DNA of 64,000 bases from Candidatus Bathyarchaeota archaeon (GCA_963828195.1 CAWHDT010000007.1:32001-96000); one strand, 5' to 3'. Positions 34,724 to 44,872 are shown, counted from the stretch's first letter. Numbers and translations are program-made. The notes: generated from the letters alone by a model not told the origin.

Positions 34724-35521
34724 ATGACAGAACAATACGAAATCATAAAGTCCGAGAATCTGGTGGCGGGCTACCCAGGCAACGTAGTTTGGCGAGACGC
34801 CAATTTCGCCATTAACCGTGGCGAGTTTGTTGCTGTTATCGGTCCTAACGGAGCAGGCAAGACAACTATGTTTCGTTTGCTCCTTGGGCTACAAAAACCT
34901 ATCAGCGGCACCCTCAAGATATTCGATGAAGCGCCTAAACGCGGCAATCCGCAGATTGGTTACGTTCCTCAGCGTCATATTTTCGATGGTGAAACGAGTG
35001 TTGAAGCTTTTGAACTTGTGCGGCTGGGAGTCTCCGGTACACGATGGGGTTTAGGCCTGTTCTCCAAAAAAGACCACAAAGCTGCTTTGGACGCGCTGGA
35101 AGGTGTTGACGCGACAGATTTGGCTCATCGTTCCCTCAGCGTGTTGTCGGGCGGGGAACTGCAAAAAATATTTTTAGCCGAGGCACTTGTAAGCAACCCC
35201 TCTATCCTATTGCTTGACGAGCCGCTGTCGAATCTTGACATGCGACGCGAGAGAGAATTACTACAGCTTATACACAAAGTAGTTCAATCGCGCAACGTAA
35301 CTGCACTGCTGATAGCCCACAACATCAACCCTCTTTTACCATACCTCGATAAAGTGGTCTACATAGCTAACGGCAAAGTAGCGACTGGAACACCACAAGA
35401 AGTCCTAACATCGGAATGTCTCTCGGCACTATTCGGAGTACAAGTCGAAGTCCTCAAGGATTCGAGAGGTAACATCGCAATCGTAGGAATTGAAGACTGC
35501 CACGGGTGCCAACCAGAATGA
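34724..35521 (+). CDS. Metal ABC transporter ATP-binding protein (ZnuC-like)
   Basis: GPNGAGKT, IGYVPQR, LSGGE, LLLDEP. Confidence 0.93.
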   Translation: MTEQYEIIKSENLVAGYPGNVVWRDANFAINRGEFVAVIGPNGAGKTTMFRLLLGLQKPISGTLKIFDEAPKRGNPQIGYVPQRHIFDGETSVEAFELVRLGVSGTRWGLGLFSKKDHKAALDALEGVDATDLAHRSLSVLSGGELQKIFLAEALVSNPSILLLDEPLSNLDMRRERELLQLIHKVVQSRNVTALLIAHNINPLLPYLDKVVYIANGKVATGTPQEVLTSECLSALFGVQVEVLKDSRGNIAIVGIEDCHGCQPE

Positions 35522-36387
35522 CCTTAACATCATTGTCTACTTTATCTTCAACCTTTAGCTATAATCCAATTATCGATCTGCAACGGATTTTTCAATTTGC
35601 GTTCATGCAGCACGCCTATGAGGCAGGAACAGTCGTCGCAATCGTCGCGGGCATTGTCGGCTATTTCATTGTGATTCGTCGTTCCTCATTCGCAGCGCAT
35701 GCACTCTCCCACGTCGGTTTCACTGGGGGAGCGTTTGCCGTATTAATCGGCATCAGCCCCATTTACGGTCTTCTCATGTTCACAAGTATTGGCGGACTTG
35801 GAATAGCCGCGCTTGGTCGGAAGGCTTCCTCGCGTGACGTCCAGATCGGATCGGTTCTCGCATTCATGCTCGGTCTAGGCGTGTTGTTCCTCAGCCTCTA
35901 TACTGGTTATGCAACCGAGGCGTATTCGATCTTGTTTGGAGAAATATTAGGCGTCAGTTATACCGCTGTTCTTTTGACCCTCTTTGCTGGCGCGATAATT
36001 CTGGCGGTTACCGCGGTGGTATATCGACCACTCTTGTTTTCATCGCTTGATGAAGATGTTGCTGAAGCAAAAGGAATGCCCGTACTTTGGCTCGGCGTAA
36101 TTTTCATGCTTCTGGTAGCAGTTGTAACGTCATTTGCGGTCCAGGTCGTTGGCGTCCTGCTCATTTTCGCATTGATGGTCACGCCAGCCGCAACTGCTCA
36201 ATTGTTGGCAAAACGGCCGCGGCAAGTCATAATTCTTTCGGTAATCATTGCTCTGTTAGCAACTTGGTTTGGGCTTTTCATCGCGTTTTATACACCCTAC
36301 CCCGTTAGCTTTTTCATATGCAGCATAGTGTTTTTCTTTTACTTGTTTGTAAGATTCGTCTATAGAAAAATTAGGCCTTTGGCCTAA
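35518..36387 (+). CDS. Metal ABC transporter permease (ABC-3/ZnuB-like)
   Basis: FAAHALSHVGF.G, ILFGEILG, S.DE.VAEAKG, VVG.LL..AL...PAA.A. Confidence 0.93.
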   Translation: MTLTSLSTLSSTFSYNPIIDLQRIFQFAFMQHAYEAGTVVAIVAGIVGYFIVIRRSSFAAHALSHVGFTGGAFAVLIGISPIYGLLMFTSIGGLGIAALGRKASSRDVQIGSVLAFMLGLGVLFLSLYTGYATEAYSILFGEILGVSYTAVLLTLFAGAIILAVTAVVYRPLLFSSLDEDVAEAKGMPVLWLGVIFMLLVAVVTSFAVQVVGVLLIFALMVTPAATAQLLAKRPRQVIILSVIIALLATWFGLFIAFYTPYPVSFFICSIVFFFYLFVRFVYRKIRPLA

Positions 36388-36434
36388 TTTTTGAGAAAAA
36401 GCACTTTTTCTAAGAATTCCGTTAAATCAAATGT

Positions 36435-37124
36435 TCACGGGTTAATTACCACGTTGCCCCACATGCCTAGTGTGACGTGACCTGGAACTTGGCAGATGTA
36501 GTAAAAGTCGCCTGATTTGGTTACTTTAAAAATGATTGATGCGGTTTGGTTCATTTCTATGGGGACTGAGCCGCTGTCGATTTGCGCGCCGAACAGTACT
36601 TTGGCGGATGTTTGGTTTGTGGTTGTTAGTGCCCAGTTATGAGGCATGGTTCCAATGTTGATGACTGTCATGTTTACTACGTCGCCGACGTTGAAGGTTA
36701 ATGTCGGACCTGGTGAGGTTATGGTGTTTGAGCTGTTTCCAAATCCGTATAGGGTTAAAGTGTTACTAGCATAGAGAGTTACTGAAACGTTGGGTGGAGG
36801 CAGAGGTGGGGTTGTTCCAACGCCTGTGAACACGGCAGCCGCCAGCAAAACGAGGACTGCTAAGGCAGCGAAGCCTGCAGTTAAGAGTTTTTTGCTGACT
36901 CCAGGGTTTTGCTCATAAAAAATGTAGACAAGCAACGCAAACGCAATAAGTTCGGCGCTCATGAGGAAGCCGAAGACTCTTTGTTGAGATATAAAATCCA
37001 AAAACCATATCGAGATTCCCACAACAATCAGAAAAGTTAAGAGGAAAAATGCAATCAAACGTAGTGGGTCGCTATTGTGTGTCATTGTTTTGTCTCTAGA
37101 GAGAGCGGTATTTACTGCAACCAT
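36435..37124 (-). CDS. Membrane-bound (3 TM) type-1 blue copper cupredoxin (rusticyanin/sulfocyanin-like)
   Basis: SPGPTL, PHNW, YYICQVPGHVTLGMWG (H, C, H, M ligands). Confidence 0.88.
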   Translation of the reverse strand: MVAVNTALSRDKTMTHNSDPLRLIAFFLLTFLIVVGISIWFLDFISQQRVFGFLMSAELIAFALLVYIFYEQNPGVSKKLLTAGFAALAVLVLLAAAVFTGVGTTPPLPPPNVSVTLYASNTLTLYGFGNSSNTITSPGPTLTFNVGDVVNMTVINIGTMPHNWALTTTNQTSAKVLFGAQIDSGSVPIEMNQTASIIFKVTKSGDFYYICQVPGHVTLGMWGNVVINP

Positions 37125-37386
37125 AAACGTTTTCCCCTAACATAAAAAGCATAACAATAAGCACTCTTTAAGAGAAAACAAGAGCTTATTTAATGCTATG
37201 GTCTCAGGTACCAATTGTTTTAGCACTTAAAAATAGTTCTCAACTGCGAGACCGCTCTGAACAGGATATCAGATAGGGCAATTTCGCCAACATATTTCAG
37301 CACATAATATTGGAAGAGGCAGCGCCCCCGCCTTCAAACTGCCAGCGTTGGCGAATTATAAAATTAGCAGGATAAAAAAAGAAAGA

Positions 37387-37974
37387 TTATGATTTAACGA
37401 ATTTTGGTCTGATTTTCTGCCGCACCACGAAAGCTGACAAAGCGGTTATTGCAAGCGCAACGAACATCAATGCCAAGGCTGAAGGAAACTCAGGAATGGT
37501 TGGAGTCGGAGAGGTGCTGGCGGCTGATACTACTACGTTTCCCCACATGCCAAGTGATATGTGGGCTGGTACTGTGCAGACGTAGTAGAAGTTGCCTGTT
37601 TGGGTAGGAGTGACAGTGGCTGATCCTGAACCTCCAGCTGGAATGTAGTTGGTTATGTCAATGCCTGAGTTCCACAAGGGTGAAGTGCTTGCTGCTTTGG
37701 TCGGGACTATTTCGAAGGAATGTTGCATGGTGGAGACGTTGTTTACTGTTATTGTATATGTTGTGCCTTCCACTAGAGTTAATGTTGGTCCAGGCGAGGT
37801 AATTTTGCTTGAGCTTAGACCGTACCCATAGGTGCCTGAGCCTGTTGTCACTGAACCTGCATACAGGGTTATTGAATTTCCAGAAATCTGCGCCTTAGTT
37901 GTCGTCGCCGTCAAAGTAGATAATAAGCCTATTACAAGTATTAGAGTAAACACTAACCAAATTCGGTTTTTCAT
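37387..37974 (-). CDS. Secreted type-1 cupredoxin with PEF-CTERM sorting signal
   Basis: Signal peptide, SPGPTL, QHSF, YYVCTVPAHISLGMWG; C-terminal IPEF-TM-RQKIR. Confidence 0.88.
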   Translation of the reverse strand: MKNRIWLVFTLILVIGLLSTLTATTTKAQISGNSITLYAGSVTTGSGTYGYGLSSSKITSPGPTLTLVEGTTYTITVNNVSTMQHSFEIVPTKAASTSPLWNSGIDITNYIPAGGSGSATVTPTQTGNFYYVCTVPAHISLGMWGNVVVSAASTSPTPTIPEFPSALALMFVALAITALSAFVVRQKIRPKFVKS

Positions 37975-38038
37975 AATTATCCTCTTTTACTCAGCTAGTT
38001 TAATTCAATTGTTTTAAAAAGATTTGTTGTAGTGCATA

Positions 38039-38049
38039 TACAGTCACAA
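38039..38049 (-). promoter_or_regulatory. TTGTGACTGTA element upstream of the cupredoxin promoter
   Basis: Identical 11-mer at 43151, each 18 nt upstream of a TTT(TT)AAA box. Confidence 0.5.
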
Positions 38050-38138
38050 TACCGAAATTATTTGCCTCGACTTGCCTAATAACACTGAATGCTTTCAGCG
38101 GCTCCGGTTTTATCTACACGTTTTCTTGACCGGAACGT

Positions 38139-39005
38139 TTAGATGAGCACGATTTTGTCGATGATTAGCCCCATCATCAAGCAAGTCAAATAGGGCATTG
38201 ATGCAATAAACACTTTAAATCCCTGTGTTTCAGAGGAGGAAAATAGTAATCCGCGGTTTCGGAACAAAAACGTGACGCCCGCCGCCAAAGCAACTGCCGT
38301 ATAGATTATGCCAGTTAAACCGAAAAGTACGAATAGAAACGAGGAAGCAACAGTTAAAACATTCAACCAAAAAACAACCTGCGACGTCTTTACTATGCCA
38401 ATCTTCACTGGAAGCATAGGAATCCCCGCAGCCTTGTATTCCTTCACTTTTTTAATGGCAAGTCCCCAAAGATGACCTGGCGTCCAAAGAAAATCCAGCA
38501 TCGCAACAAGAAAGGGCATTAAACTAAGCGTATTGACGGCGGCTGTCCAACCAGCAAGTCCCGCAAAACAGCCAGCGAAACCGCCTATAACCACATTCCA
38601 GGGGCTGGTGCGCTTTAGCCAAACAGTGTAAATAAATAGGTAAAAGACTGTTCCAAGACCGAGCATCAGGCAAGTCATGGGGTTGAACAAGAAAAAAGAG
38701 AAGGCGAAGCTTGAAGAAATCATTGCCAACCCCAATATCAGTGCTTCATTTGATCTCACTTTTCCGGCAGGAATTGCCCTTTTCGAGGTGCGCGACATTA
38801 ATTTGTCAACGTCTCTATCATAGAAGCTGTTTAAGACACCGCAGCCTCCAGCAGCTAAATAACCTATAACAGCGAACAAGGCAAGTTTAAACCAGGAGAT
38901 AGCAGGAAACACAGCAAGCACAAAGCAAGTGACTCCCACCAGCAAATTTAGTAGTGTCACCTTAGGCTTCGTTAGTTGAAGATATCGGTTTATTTTTTCC
39001 CTCAT
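38139..39005 (-). CDS. ctaB: Protoheme IX farnesyltransferase (heme o synthase)
   Basis: LTKPKV, N.FYDRDVD.LM.RT..R.IP.G, YT.WLKR....N.VIGG, WTPGH...L, EY.AAGIPMLP. Confidence 0.93.
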   Translation of the reverse strand: MREKINRYLQLTKPKVTLLNLLVGVTCFVLAVFPAISWFKLALFAVIGYLAAGGCGVLNSFYDRDVDKLMSRTSKRAIPAGKVRSNEALILGLAMISSSFAFSFFLFNPMTCLMLGLGTVFYLFIYTVWLKRTSPWNVVIGGFAGCFAGLAGWTAAVNTLSLMPFLVAMLDFLWTPGHLWGLAIKKVKEYKAAGIPMLPVKIGIVKTSQVVFWLNVLTVASSFLFVLFGLTGIIYTAVALAAGVTFLFRNRGLLFSSSETQGFKVFIASMPYLTCLMMGLIIDKIVLI

Positions 39006-39055
39006 AATCAGATTCTCTCAAAATACAAAATATGTTTACATACGTTTTAGAACCG

Positions 39056-39574
39056 TTAAGGAAACGCTGGGCCAGTTACTGAGCTCACTATGACTGCGCC
39101 ATACATTCCGTCCGCTGTATCATTGCCAACGGGGGAGATGTACCAGTAATCAAAAGCCTCATTGTTTGGAGTAAAAACAACCGAGCCTTCTTGTCCCGGC
39201 TGAAGAGGGTTGCTTGCTGAACCAATCACGGCGCCGAATAATACTGTGGCATCTGCAATGGGCATGGTGGTTATTGCGAAGGCGTGCGGCAGCTTTCCTA
39301 CGTTTATTACGGTGAGGTTAACGAGGTCTGATGTGGAGAATCCAATGGTCGGTCCAGGCGAGGTCAGGTTGTCTGCTGCCGCGCCGAATCCAAATTGGCC
39401 GTCGGGCATTTCTCCTTCGTAGAGTACAATATTTGACGGAGTCCTAGTTGAGACGTGGGTTACCAATTTAGGCTGAATATTGAAAATCAGCATAGATATC
39501 GCTCCGAAGAAAAACGCGAGCGCAAGAATCCCTATCAAGATGAGGGGCAGATAAGCTTTGAGTTTGCTTTTCAT
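39056..39574 (-). CDS. Membrane-anchored cupredoxin-fold protein lacking the Cys/His copper ligands
   Basis: Paralog of 36435/37387 (SPGPT, PHAF, GMYG) but YISPVGND replaces YIC.VPGH. Confidence 0.78.
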   Translation of the reverse strand: MKSKLKAYLPLILIGILALAFFFGAISMLIFNIQPKLVTHVSTRTPSNIVLYEGEMPDGQFGFGAAADNLTSPGPTIGFSTSDLVNLTVINVGKLPHAFAITTMPIADATVLFGAVIGSASNPLQPGQEGSVVFTPNNEAFDYWYISPVGNDTADGMYGAVIVSSVTGPAFP

Positions 39575-39587
39575 TTGTTCATCACAT

Positions 39588-39851
39588 TCACATAGACATT
39601 GACATCCAAGCTGCAACAGCTAGAATTATAACGCCTAAAACGGCAGCAATCGGCAAAAGAGCTAAACTTTTGTTTTCATACCGCAGATGCTGAAAGTACA
39701 TTGCTATCGTTACAGCTTTACCCGAAGATATCAGAAGAATAACCCCCGATATGACAGCGAACGTTCCAGGTAGTGACCGCGTCATTACTTCTGTCACGGT
39801 TGCTGCTACAAGTCCAGCCCAAATTCCCACATAAAATTTCATTCCATGCAT
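39588..39851 (-). CDS. coxD: Heme-copper oxidase subunit IV
   Basis: Three TM, KA..IAMYFQHLRYE motif; position after subunit III. Confidence 0.85.
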   Translation of the reverse strand: MHGMKFYVGIWAGLVAATVTEVMTRSLPGTFAVISGVILLISSGKAVTIAMYFQHLRYENKSLALLPIAAVLGVIILAVAAWMSMSM

Positions 39852-39860
39852 GTTTTTCAC

Positions 39861-40634
39861 CTAAATTAAATAGAAGAGTGGAAAGAGAAACATCCAAACG
39901 ATGTCGACAAAGTGCCAATACAAACCGATGTTCTCGACGGCTGAATGGTTAGTCTTAGTGAATCCTCCCTGATAGGTTCTAACGATCAAGTAACTAACCC
40001 CCACCAAACCCCCAACTACGTGAGCCGCGTGCAAACCCGTCAGCACGAAATAAGTTGAGCCTGGTAACCCACTGCTTATGGTGAACCCATGTCGGTAGTA
40101 AGCGGGCCATTCAATTCCCAGTTTTATTGCGAGGAAAGCGACGCCTAAGCCAAATGTGCTGAATAACCCGATTTTTAGTCCCCTTATATTGCCCGCTCTA
40201 ATCGAGACAAGCGCAAATATCATCGCTAAACTACTTGTAAGCAATACAATCGTATTAGTCATTCCAAGCATCACGTTGTGCACTTGAGTTGCCACCGGCC
40301 ATGAACCGCTTGAGAATCGAACAAAGATATAGGCAATTATGAGCGACCCAAAAATCAGAATTTCCGACACGAGAAAAATCCAGACGCCCAGTCTTCGTTT
40401 GTCCAAAAATCCAAGCGGCCACTTCTCCTCGACAGATTCTTTTAGATCAGCAAATTTCCCTTCAACGCTGTCCCTGAACAAAGTGAATACGCCAATAGCC
40501 AAAACCACTGCACCTGCAATTGCCAGTGGAATATAAACCACCAAGCCGAAAAGCAATAATGCAACTCCCGCGGCAACTATCAGCGGTGTAAAGGAAGATT
40601 TTTTCTCTTCAGGGCCATCGTAATTTTCAGTCAA
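39861..40634 (-). CDS. coxC: Heme-copper oxidase subunit III
   Basis: GVWIFLVSE...[31 protein letters not shown]. Confidence 0.95.
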   Translation of the reverse strand: MTENYDGPEEKKSSFTPLIVAAGVALLLFGLVVYIPLAIAGAVVLAIGVFTLFRDSVEGKFADLKESVEEKWPLGFLDKRRLGVWIFLVSEILIFGSLIIAYIFVRFSSGSWPVATQVHNVMLGMTNTIVLLTSSLAMIFALVSIRAGNIRGLKIGLFSTFGLGVAFLAIKLGIEWPAYYRHGFTISSGLPGSTYFVLTGLHAAHVVGGLVGVSYLIVRTYQGGFTKTNHSAVENIGLYWHFVDIVWMFLFPLFYLI

Positions 40635-42319
40635 TTTTTATCCTCCATAGTGTTATTTGGGGAACCATTTTTGTCGGGATAATCAACTGGCTTTTCTGCA
40701 GTTTTACAAGTACCATCTTTACACCAGTACCAGCGGTCCTCCCGCGTTTCTTGAGGCAGATTATCTTCTGCGTGAACGGCGTTGTCAGTGGAGTTAGCTG
40801 TCTGAGTTGCTGTCGAACCATGGTAGTTCTGAGTCCACTCCAGCTCTTGAGCATCCCACGGATTAGCGTTGGGCATCGCAGGTTTTCTCAAGCTTAAAAT
40901 CAAATTCAAAACTGCTAGCGCCGCAGCGGGACCAAATATGTAAGCGCCGAAAGTGGCAATTAAGTTTAGGTTTGCAAAACCTGAAGCAACAGTGTAGGTT
41001 TGTATTCTTCTGGGCATGTCTAAGAGAAAGAAATAGGGGAAATACAGAATGTTGAAGCTTATGAAGGCCACAACGAAAGTTATGACTCCGAATGTTTCGT
41101 TGGGTTTTCTTTTAGTGATTTTCGGCCACCAATAATAGAGGCCAGCCAATAACGCAAAAAGGGTTGTTCCAGCCATCACATAGTGGAAGTGACCTACTAT
41201 CCAGTAAGTTCCGTTAAACGCATAGTCCAAAACTGGGAATGCCTGCAGAACTCCTGTTATTCCGCCCAGAGTTACAGTGAAAATGGCTGCTAAACAGTAC
41301 AGCATCGAGGTGTTCAGTGTAATTTTGCCTTTGTACAGAGTTAGCACTAGGGCAAGAACCAGCCCTTCAAAGGGCACAGAAATAGCCAACGTAGTGAAAG
41401 AGAACGTTTGCAAAACGCTGTAGTTTACGCCAGTTGTGTACATGTGGTGCATCCAGACGCCCATACTTAGAAAAGTCACGGCTGCAAATTCGATGAGGAA
41501 CACGTTTTTTGAGAATATGGGTTTCTTTGCGAACGTTTGGAAGACTTCGGCGATTACTCCTAATGCTGGGAAGACGACTATGTACACTTCAGGGTGCCCG
41601 AAAAACCAGAAAAGCTCATCCCACAAGATGCCGCCGCCTTGGGTTGAACTGAAGAACACTGTACCAAGAAACCGATCGCTCGAAAGAAGTAAGAGTCCTG
41701 CTGCTAAAGGCGGGAACGCGAAGAGCGCCAGCGCCATCGTGAAGACGATTGACCATGTGAACAGCGGCAACCGCCTCCAAGTTACTCCTTTGGCTCGTTT
41801 TATGGCGATGGTGGTGAGAAAGTTAATTGAGCTCATAGTTATGGAAAGAGCCAGAAGCAAGATTCCAAGCACCGCCAAAGTCATTCCTGGTTGAGGCGTG
41901 AACTCTATGGTGTTCAGAGGCGCGTAGAGCGTCCAGCCAGTGTTTGGTCCGCCGCCTGGCAGAAAAACGGTGCTTACCATCATTATGCCGCTGAAAAGGT
42001 AAGTCCAGTAGCTTGTCGCATTCATGCGCGGGAACGCGAGATCCTTTGCACCTATTTGAAGTGGCACAATATAATTTGCAATTCCGGCGCCGAGAGGTGT
42101 GAGGACCCAAAGTATCATTAATAGGCCATGCAAGGTAACGGTTTGCTCGTAAGTGGAGGGCTGGAGAAAATTGTTCATTGGAACGGCAAGCTGGGTTCTC
42201 ATCATTTCTCCAAACATGCCTGCTATAGCCATGAAGAATATGGCTGTTACAATGTATAGAATGCCTATCTGCTTATGGTTAGTTGTGGTTAACCATTCTT
42301 TGATTGAAAAAACCGCCCT
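40631..42319 (-). CDS. coxA: Heme-copper oxidase subunit I, A1 type; start probably at non-canonical AGG 42319 (ORF-track start 42232 truncates helix I)
   Basis: In-frame upstream [14 protein letters not shown]; [44 protein letters not shown]. Confidence 0.95.
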   Translation of the reverse strand, partial: RAVFSIKEWLTTTNHKQIGILYIVTAIFFMAIAGMFGEMMRTQLAVPMNNFLQPSTYEQTVTLHGLLMILWVLTPLGAGIANYIVPLQIGAKDLAFPRMNATSYWTYLFSGIMMVSTVFLPGGGPNTGWTLYAPLNTIEFTPQPGMTLAVLGILLLALSITMSSINFLTTIAIKRAKGVTWRRLPLFTWSIVFTMALALFAFPPLAAGLLLLSSDRFLGTVFFSSTQGGGILWDELFWFFGHPEVYIVVFPALGVIAEVFQTFAKKPIFSKNVFLIEFAAVTFLSMGVWMHHMYTTGVNYSVLQTFSFTTLAISVPFEGLVLALVLTLYKGKITLNTSMLYCLAAIFTVTLGGITGVLQAFPVLDYAFNGTYWIVGHFHYVMAGTTLFALLAGLYYWWPKITKRKPNETFGVITFVVAFISFNILYFPYFFLLDMPRRIQTYTVASGFANLNLIATFGAYIFGPAAALAVLNLILSLRKPAMPNANPWDAQELEWTQNYHGSTATQTANSTDNAVHAEDNLPQETREDRWYWCKDGTCKTAEKPVDYPDKNGSPNNTMEDKN

Positions 42320-42320
42320 T

Positions 42321-42995
42321 TTAGCCTCCTGAATTTGATGCGCTTATAGCCAATTGGGTGGCAAGCCACTGATTATATTCGGTTTGATTAACAACAAGCA
42401 TTGTTGCATCCATGAAAGTGTGTCCGACGCCGCAAAGTTCTTTGCACTCGATGTTGTACGTGCAAACTTGGTTTCCAGTTACCGCTGGCGTTGTTATCCA
42501 TAAAATGTTGTATCTGCCAGGTATCGCCTCTATGCTTACCTTGAACTCTTCCAGGTAAAAGTTATGCATAACGTCTGCGCTTGTAACGTTAAACATTACA
42601 GGGGTGTTTCCAGGCAAAGTCATGTTATCTTGGGTTATAACGCCCTCTGGATACCCAAAATTGAAACCCCATTGAAAGCAAGTTACGTCAATTACCAAAC
42701 TTTTGGAGACTCCAGCTGGCTCAAAGCGTGGATTAGGAGTAAGGCTGTAGGATGCCGCGACCAAACTGACCAATATTATAATGGAGATTGAGGCAAAAAT
42801 CAAGCTCTCTCTGGGGCGGCTTTTTTTCAAGCTGAAGTCTGGAATAGATTTGGCTTGCCCTTTTCGTTCGCGGTATTTTACTATAAAAAAAATCATTGCG
42901 CCTATAACAATCGCCAACGCAATTAACGCTGTGGTAGCGGCTAAATCGAAGAAATGATTCCAATCTGAAGCCGAAACTGGTATTGGTTGTGACAT
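42321..42995 (-). CDS. coxB: Heme-copper oxidase subunit II with CuA centre
   Basis: Two TM, FQWGF.F.YP, SADVMHNF, AIPG, CKELCGVGHTFM. Confidence 0.95.
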   Translation of the reverse strand: MSQPIPVSASDWNHFFDLAATTALIALAIVIGAMIFFIVKYRERKGQAKSIPDFSLKKSRPRESLIFASISIIILVSLVAASYSLTPNPRFEPAGVSKSLVIDVTCFQWGFNFGYPEGVITQDNMTLPGNTPVMFNVTSADVMHNFYLEEFKVSIEAIPGRYNILWITTPAVTGNQVCTYNIECKELCGVGHTFMDATMLVVNQTEYNQWLATQLAISASNSGG

Positions 42996-43150
42996 ACGAA
43001 ACTCCTAATTTGGAAGTCAAAAATCAAAGTAAAGCCAGGATTGACGTGGAACCCATAAGCTTATTGAAAAGCTACTAAGTTACCGCATGTACCCAGTTTA
43101 CAAGTACTAATCAGAAAAGTTTGGGGTTTAAAGCTGTGTGGCTAGCTTAG

Positions 43151-43161
43151 TACAGTCACAA
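43151..43161 (-). promoter_or_regulatory. TTGTGACTGTA element upstream of the oxidase operon promoter
   Basis: Part of the imperfect dyad TGTGACT-N10-AGCCACA, 18 nt upstream of TTTAAA; same 11-mer as at 38039. Confidence 0.5.
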
Positions 43162-43302
43162 GTTATGACTTGCTACTTTGGTTATTGTTACCACTCGGCA
43201 GTCTACATGCCAAGCGTAGAGCTAAAAAGCTTGTAAGGATAGAGTTTCAAAACTCTTTTATGATGACGCCCTCTTCCGTGGCGTTCGGCTGTTGAACTCG
43301 TA

Positions 43303-44229
43303 TTATTTTATTGACCTGTTACATCCGGGGCAAAAGACGGTATCCTTCTCAATTGGAGAGTTGCAGTGCTTGCACATGGATTTTGAAAAATGCGTTAGCC
43401 CCGAAGGCGAGGTTCCGTGAGCTTCTGCTTCTTTTCTTGCTTTGCGAGCCCCATCGATTCTTCCCGCAAATAACGTTGCTGTTTCAAACACAAAAACAAA
43501 CGGCGCAAGCATGATTAAGCCAGTGATAGGGGTTGGGTCTGGGCCAAAAATCCAGATTAACATCAAGATTGCCACGTAGATGATAATTTTGTTTCTGCCT
43601 CTCAAAAACTTCATTGGAAAAACTCCCACATGAACCAGCATAACAATAAAGACGGGGATGGTGTAGAAAACGCCGCAAATTATGAACAGGGTAAAAATCC
43701 AGTTGTAGAAATCTTTGATGAAAAACAGTGGCATTGATCCGCCTTGCAATGTAAAATACATCAATATTCTGAATGAAATTGGAACTACCAGGAAATATGC
43801 CATAGTTGCCCCTAATGACAGGGTGCCAATGAACGCTCCTAAGTAGTATCCGAGAACTTTCTTTTCGTTAGCATAAAGTGCAGGTTTAACGAAAGCAATG
43901 ATTTCATAGAATATTACTGGGGAAGCCAACAGCAATCCAATAATAATTGACAAGTACGCCATAACAAACACGGTGTCAGCCATACCGCCAGCAATCAGCG
44001 TCGCGTGGCTAGGAAGAAAAACCGCCTTAATCCTAAGCATAACAAGCGATAGAAGCGGCTGATAATCTCCAAATGGGCTAGTTATCCCAGCTATGCTGGT
44101 CGGCAACCAACCGATAGAGATTGTAACTACAAGAGTAATTAACACTACTTTGCCGCGGCGCACCAGCTCATCGACATGCTCCCAGAAACTTAAAGCCCAA
44201 CCCTTAATTGACGCAGATTCAGTACTCAT
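43303..44229 (-). CDS. tatC: Twin-arginine translocase TatC with C-terminal zinc ribbon
   Basis: FWEHVDEL..R, P.IFYE..AFVKPALY.NEKK, PDPTP; tail CKHC...CPGC. Confidence 0.92.
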   Translation of the reverse strand: MSTESASIKGWALSFWEHVDELVRRGKVVLITLVVTISIGWLPTSIAGITSPFGDYQPLLSLVMLRIKAVFLPSHATLIAGGMADTVFVMAYLSIIIGLLLASPVIFYEIIAFVKPALYANEKKVLGYYLGAFIGTLSLGATMAYFLVVPISFRILMYFTLQGGSMPLFFIKDFYNWIFTLFIICGVFYTIPVFIVMLVHVGVFPMKFLRGRNKIIIYVAILMLIWIFGPDPTPITGLIMLAPFVFVFETATLFAGRIDGARKARKEAEAHGTSPSGLTHFSKSMCKHCNSPIEKDTVFCPGCNRSIK

Positions 44230-44411
44230 AGTTATTCAAACCTTGAAACAAGTAGAGAGCGACGCGCCATCGCTTGTAGCAACCTTCGCGGTGACAAACT
44301 ATATGTTAATTAACGAACCATAAAACAAAAAGTGGGAGCCGAGCTTAACCGCTCCTTGAAAATTTATTGTTTCATCTGCCTTTTTACCCGAAAAAGAAAA
44401 CAACGAAGCGT

Positions 44412-44750
44412 TTATGCTGCGCTTAACAGTTTAACTTTCACGGATATGTCGTTGGATATTTCTTCTCTGGTTTTGCCGTCGGTTGAAATTCCAAGTCTCT
44501 GCGCAGTTTCAAGCAATATTTCATCTTTAGTCTTTATTGTTGTTGCAAGTTTAGGCGCAGCGGCGGCTCCAACTGTGGCTGTTGCTGCTGACCCTGTGCT
44601 AGCTGCATCCATGAATTCTTTCTGTGCATTCGCAAATTCACCTTTAGCCCTGCCTAATGCTCGGGCAAACTCTGGAATCTTTGCTGGACCCCACATTATA
44701 ATCACAATGGCAACAATACCGACGATAATCAGTTCCCATCCATCAAGCAT
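44412..44750 (-). CDS. tatA: Twin-arginine translocase TatA
   Basis: WELIIV...WGPAKIPEFARALGRAKGEF. Confidence 0.93.
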   Translation of the reverse strand: MLDGWELIIVGIVAIVIIMWGPAKIPEFARALGRAKGEFANAQKEFMDAASTGSAATATVGAAAAPKLATTIKTKDEILLETAQRLGISTDGKTREEISNDISVKVKLLSAA

Positions 44751-44872
44751 TCTAAAAAATCTCCTTTCTTCTTATTGTAATTAAACCTCTAGAAATAAAG
44801 TTCATAAATACATTTGTTGGTGTGAGTTAACAACCACAATCGATTGCTAGGCTGGCTATTTAAGCAAGATTT

